This document shows, piece after piece, positions 60,444 to 64,000 of a stretch of 64,000 nucleotides of DNA. Location of the stretch: positions 384,001 through 448,000 of the forward strand of contig CAVPOM010000004.1 of assembly GCA_963707025.1 (NCBI GenBank), given 5' to 3'. The notes under the pieces were generated by a model that worked only from the letters and a program-made list of their open reading frames with translations, was not told the origin of the DNA and made no database searches. The translations under genes and the position numbers were made by a program. The stretch is from an uncultured Verrucomicrobiae bacterium (GTDB taxonomy: Bacteria; Verrucomicrobiota; Verrucomicrobiia; Limisphaerales; Palsa-1400). Position 1 is the first letter of the stretch, and every line of letters begins with the position of its first letter.

Positions 60444-62897
60444 ATGAAGGTGATTAGAGCTAATTCCGGTTCGGACCGGTGGCGGCGCAAGACCGCCAGG
60501 GCGGCGCTGGCTGCCGCATGGATGTTGGGCGTGTGCAGCCCCGAACTGCGCGCCCAGGCGGTGACCAACTTTATTGACCAGTTCAATCCAGGCGGCACGG
60601 GCGGCTACAGCTATGCCGCGGGGCAGATCACCAACGTCTGGAACAACTGGTTCGGAGGCGCCTTTCAATCGCTTGTCTGGGACCCCGGTAATGACGCCAA
60701 CAACAATCCGGAGTCAGGCTCCATGAAGGTCACCGCCGATTATCAGTCCACCAATAACCAGATCGAAATCTGGGACGAGGGACAAATCAATCCGCCGTTG
60801 AACGGCTACTTGCTGACCAATTTCTCCTGCAACGTCATGTTCGCCTCCGGCTCGGCCACGACCGTCAACGGGAGCGGGCAAACCATTTACGGCCATCTGC
60901 AGTTTGGCACGAGAACCAACGGTTACGGCCAGGACTACTTCGGGAGCGTCGAGGTCCCGGCCGGTGACAACGGCTGGACGCATGTGAACGTTCCGATCAA
61001 CGTCAGTGCCGACCCGGGCCTGGCGGCCATCGTGGATGTGCTGGTTCACATTTACGGGCCTTATTATTCCGGTTCGCCGCTCAACGGGCCGTCAACCTTC
61101 TGGGTGGACAACATCGCCTTTTCCGGCGCGGCGCCGCCGCCCTTGTCCACCAACTGTTACATTGACTATAGCAACGTCTTTCAACGCATAGACGGCTTTG
61201 GGGCGTCCTCGGCGTGGAATGGCGGCATCACCGCCACCCAGGGCAATCTGCTCTTCTCCACCAACACCAACATCGTTTACACGGACAACCTGGGCGCCAA
61301 GACCACCAACCATGGCATCGGCCTTTCCCTCCTGCGCAGCCGCATCGCCCCCGGAGGCACCACGGTTGAAAACGGCATCATGCAACAGGCCCAGTCACTC
61401 GGGGCCAGGGTTTGGAGCACGCCGTGGAGTCCGGCCGCCAATTTCAAGAGCAACACGAATGTCAACGGCGGCAGCTTCGTCGGCACCAGCAACAACTACT
61501 ACGCCTACGCCAGCCAGATGGCCGGTTATGTCGCTTCCATCAAGCGCAACTACGGTATCAACCTTTATGCCATATCCGTCCAAAACGAGCCGGACGCCAA
61601 CGTCACCACTTACGAATCCTGCAACTGGACAGCGCAACAGATTCATGACTATGTGCCTTTCCTTTACAACGCACTGGCTGCCAGCAATGTCAGCGCCACC
61701 AAAATCATTCTCCCCGAATCGGAGAATTGGCAGGATTATTCAAGCCTCATGGGCATCGCCATGAACGACGCAACTGTGGCCGCGGACGTGGCCATCATTG
61801 CCGACCACAACTACGATGGCGCCAACGGGCCGGCGGTCCTGGCCAAGACGACCTACGGCAAGGCCCTCTGGGAAACGGAGGTTTCCATTCTCAGCGGCAG
61901 CGACAGCAGCATCACCAACGGCGTCTATTACGCGCAGCGCATTTACCTTTTCATGACCCAGGCCCAGGCCAGCGCCTGGCATTATTGGTGGCTCATCAGT
62001 GGCGACAGCACCGGCAACGAGGGACTCCTGGACAACAACGCCGCCCTCACCAAACGCCTCTTCACCCTGGGCAACTACAGCCGCTTTGTGCGCCCCAACT
62101 ATTATCGCATCGGCGTCAGCAACACCAGCGCCGCCTTGATCAGCGCCTACAAGGACTCCGCTTCCCCAAACTTCGCCATCGTGGCTGTCAACACCAATGC
62201 CACGGCGAACCAGCCGCAAACCTTCATCCTCACCAACTTCATCACCACCGGCTCGGTCACTCCGTGGATCACTTCAGCCGCCATGTCCCTCAGCAACCAG
62301 CCTCCCGTGGCGGCCAGCGGCAACTCGTTCAGCTACTCGCTGCCGCCACTCAGCGTCGTCACCTTCGTCGGCCAGGCCAGCACTAATACCGCCCCCGTCC
62401 TGGCGCACATCGCCGACCAAACCATCAACGCCGGCGTTATCCTCATGCTGACCAACGAGGCGGCGGACGCGGAATCCCCGCCGCAGACTCTCGCCTTCAG
62501 CCTGTTGGCCGCGCCTTCCAACGCCACCCTCGACAGCGCCAGCGGTCTTTTCACCTGGCGCCCGCTCGTGGCCCGGGCGGGCACGACCAACCCGGTGACC
62601 GTGGTTGTGACCGATAACGGCTTGCCGCCCCTCAGTGCGGCCAACAGCTTCAACGTCATCGTCAATCCGCTCACTCCCGTCCTCCTCGGCCCCATCGGGT
62701 CGGACGCCGGCGGCGGGGTCAGCATCCCGGTGACCGGGCCGCGCGGGCCGGACTATACTTTGCTGATGGCCACCAATCTGCCCGCCGCCCATTGGCAGCC
62801 ATTATTCACCACCAATTCGCCGGTGCTGCCGGTGACACTGGTGGACACAAACCACGCCAACACCGCGCGGTTCTACCGAATCCAGATCGGGCCATGA
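60444..62897 (+). CDS. GH30 (glucurono)xylanase-like enzyme with N-terminal CBM-like domain, Ig/cadherin-like domain and C-terminal RFYR domain
   Basis: [33 protein letters not shown] (acid/base), LWETE (nucleophile), NYSRFVRP. Confidence 0.85.
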   Translation: MKVIRANSGSDRWRRKTARAALAAAWMLGVCSPELRAQAVTNFIDQFNPGGTGGYSYAAGQITNVWNNWFGGAFQSLVWDPGNDANNNPESGSMKVTADYQSTNNQIEIWDEGQINPPLNGYLLTNFSCNVMFASGSATTVNGSGQTIYGHLQFGTRTNGYGQDYFGSVEVPAGDNGWTHVNVPINVSADPGLAAIVDVLVHIYGPYYSGSPLNGPSTFWVDNIAFSGAAPPPLSTNCYIDYSNVFQRIDGFGASSAWNGGITATQGNLLFSTNTNIVYTDNLGAKTTNHGIGLSLLRSRIAPGGTTVENGIMQQAQSLGARVWSTPWSPAANFKSNTNVNGGSFVGTSNNYYAYASQMAGYVASIKRNYGINLYAISVQNEPDANVTTYESCNWTAQQIHDYVPFLYNALAASNVSATKIILPESENWQDYSSLMGIAMNDATVAADVAIIADHNYDGANGPAVLAKTTYGKALWETEVSILSGSDSSITNGVYYAQRIYLFMTQAQASAWHYWWLISGDSTGNEGLLDNNAALTKRLFTLGNYSRFVRPNYYRIGVSNTSAALISAYKDSASPNFAIVAVNTNATANQPQTFILTNFITTGSVTPWITSAAMSLSNQPPVAASGNSFSYSLPPLSVVTFVGQASTNTAPVLAHIADQTINAGVILMLTNEAADAESPPQTLAFSLLAAPSNATLDSASGLFTWRPLVARAGTTNPVTVVVTDNGLPPLSAANSFNVIVNPLTPVLLGPIGSDAGGGVSIPVTGPRGPDYTLLMATNLPAAHWQPLFTTNSPVLPVTLVDTNHANTARFYRIQIGP

Positions 62898-63766
62898 AGG
62901 ACGCAAATCAAACGGGGAGAACACCCCATACAACTATGAACAATAATTTTACTCCAAGCCGGCCGGCGCCGGAGGTCCGCCGCCTTGCTTGGCCGGCGGG
63001 ATTGGCAACATCAGGGAAAACCCGGCGGTGGCGCGGCTTTACCTTGATCGAGCTTCTCGTGGTCATTGCCATCATCGCCATTCTCGCCTCGCTGCTGCTC
63101 CCCGTCCTGGCGCTGGCCAAGGAGAAGGGGAGACGGACCCAGTGCCTGAGCAACTTGCGCATTGTCTTGCTCGGCTGTTCCATGTATGCCACCGACAACC
63201 ATGAGATGTTCTTCAATGCGCGGGACAACGAGGTCCAGATCTGCCTGGATCCTCCGGAGGGCATCACCTCCACCGAAGCGGGCTTGCTCGTCAAATCCAA
63301 CACCCCCAGCGTCTGGACCTGCCCGAACCGGCCGGGATTTCCCTATTATGATGCCGGCAATGTGCAGTGGGCCATCGGTTACCAGTATTTCGGCGGCATC
63401 AGCAATTGGCTCAATCCGCATGGAACCTTCCTCTCCCGCAGCCCCATTAAACAGTCCGTCGCCCAGCCCTACTGGGTTCTGGCCTCCGACACCACCCTGA
63501 AAATTGACGGAGCTTGGGGCGGGGGCGGGGTGGATGCCGATGGATTCGACTTCCGCTACATGCCCTCCCATCTTCCCAACAAAGTCCCGGAAGGAGGCAA
63601 TGAAGTCTTCATGGATGGCTCCGCCCGCTGGGTTACCTTCAGGACCATGTATTACTTGACCACTTGGAACGCGGATGGGTCCCGCATCGCCTACTTTTAC
63701 CAAAGTCCTGTTGATTTTGACCCAAAACTGGTAAATGTGCTGAGCCAATTGGCCGCCACGCCCTGA
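62894..63766 (+). CDS. Second prepilin-type H-X9-DG-like protein
   Basis: [26 protein letters not shown]...[17 protein letters not shown] overlap with the GH30 stop (alternative ATG 62936). Confidence 0.88.
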   Translation: MKDANQTGRTPHTTMNNNFTPSRPAPEVRRLAWPAGLATSGKTRRWRGFTLIELLVVIAIIAILASLLLPVLALAKEKGRRTQCLSNLRIVLLGCSMYATDNHEMFFNARDNEVQICLDPPEGITSTEAGLLVKSNTPSVWTCPNRPGFPYYDAGNVQWAIGYQYFGGISNWLNPHGTFLSRSPIKQSVAQPYWVLASDTTLKIDGAWGGGGVDADGFDFRYMPSHLPNKVPEGGNEVFMDGSARWVTFRTMYYLTTWNADGSRIAYFYQSPVDFDPKLVNVLSQLAATP

Positions 63767-63860
63767 CCGATTAGCCTTGGCAATGGGCGGTTCTTGCCAT
63801 TTCATCACCTCATAAATCTGTCATGATTGGACGATGATAAACCCCCGGACTTGAAGAGAT

Positions 63861-64000
63861 ATGCCTGCCATCAAAAGCTCACATCCTGTTCCGCCGCCTG
63901 TTGGATCGTTCTGCCGCATGGCCTTGCCGGCGCTGCTCCTGTTGTTCCTGGCGTCGCCCAGTCTGGCGCAGCGGTTGACGCTGACGCCGCACAACAAGAC
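63861..64000 (+). CDS. 5' fragment of a secreted protein
   Basis: MPAIKS...LPALLLLFLASPSLA-QRLTLTP signal peptide, open to the window edge. Confidence 0.55.
   Translation, partial: MPAIKSSHPVPPPVGSFCRMALPALLLLFLASPSLAQRLTLTPHNK

Noticed and set aside
55907..60444. Additional operator half-sites AAACTAA near 55921 and 60438
   Set aside because: The left arm of the palindrome is missing, so they may be chance matches.
1..64000. Numerous long antisense or alternate-frame ORFs (e.g. 991-2265, 20099-22384, 40774-42519)
   Set aside because: They are shadows of well-supported genes in high-GC DNA and carry no motifs.
1..64000. CRISPR array or cas genes
   Set aside because: No regularly spaced repeat-spacer series or Cas motifs were seen; the repeats are REP-like or short tandem.

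Overview
GC-rich bacterial chromosome segment, most likely Verrucomicrobia (inferred from pilin-like H-X9-DG proteins and secreted proteins ending in an RFYR/FFR-type C-terminal motif). 1-28.8 kb is largely housekeeping: HpnI-like glycosyltransferase, GspE/PilB ATPase, mutM, trpF-tag-trpB, RNase P RNA, HtrA, rlmN, RluA, SurA/PpiD-like protein, several carbohydrate-active and secreted proteins, and a 2-oxoacid:ferredoxin oxidoreductase. A tRNA 3'-end fragment at 28812-28839 marks the likely edge of an accessory island covering the rest of the window. The island carries a GH78 rhamnosidase, a nearly complete cobalamin methyl-transfer kit (two URO-D/MtaA-type methyltransferases, a corrinoid protein, a RACE/ASKHA activator, a MetH-reactivation-like fusion and a homocysteine S-methyltransferase), sugar-acid catabolism (xylonate dehydratase, KDX-dehydratase-like FAH protein, UxuA, MFS transporter), ROK and AraC regulators, and a PVC-type polysaccharide locus with a GH30 xylanase-like enzyme. 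Shared putative operators link the B12 genes to the sugar locus. My main hypothesis is an undescribed corrinoid-dependent O-demethylation pathway for methylated sugars such as 4-O-methylglucuronate. Also present: an intact symmetrical IS4 element inserted in a REP, IS5 and IS3 remnants, and many single-base frameshifts that look like sequencing errors.
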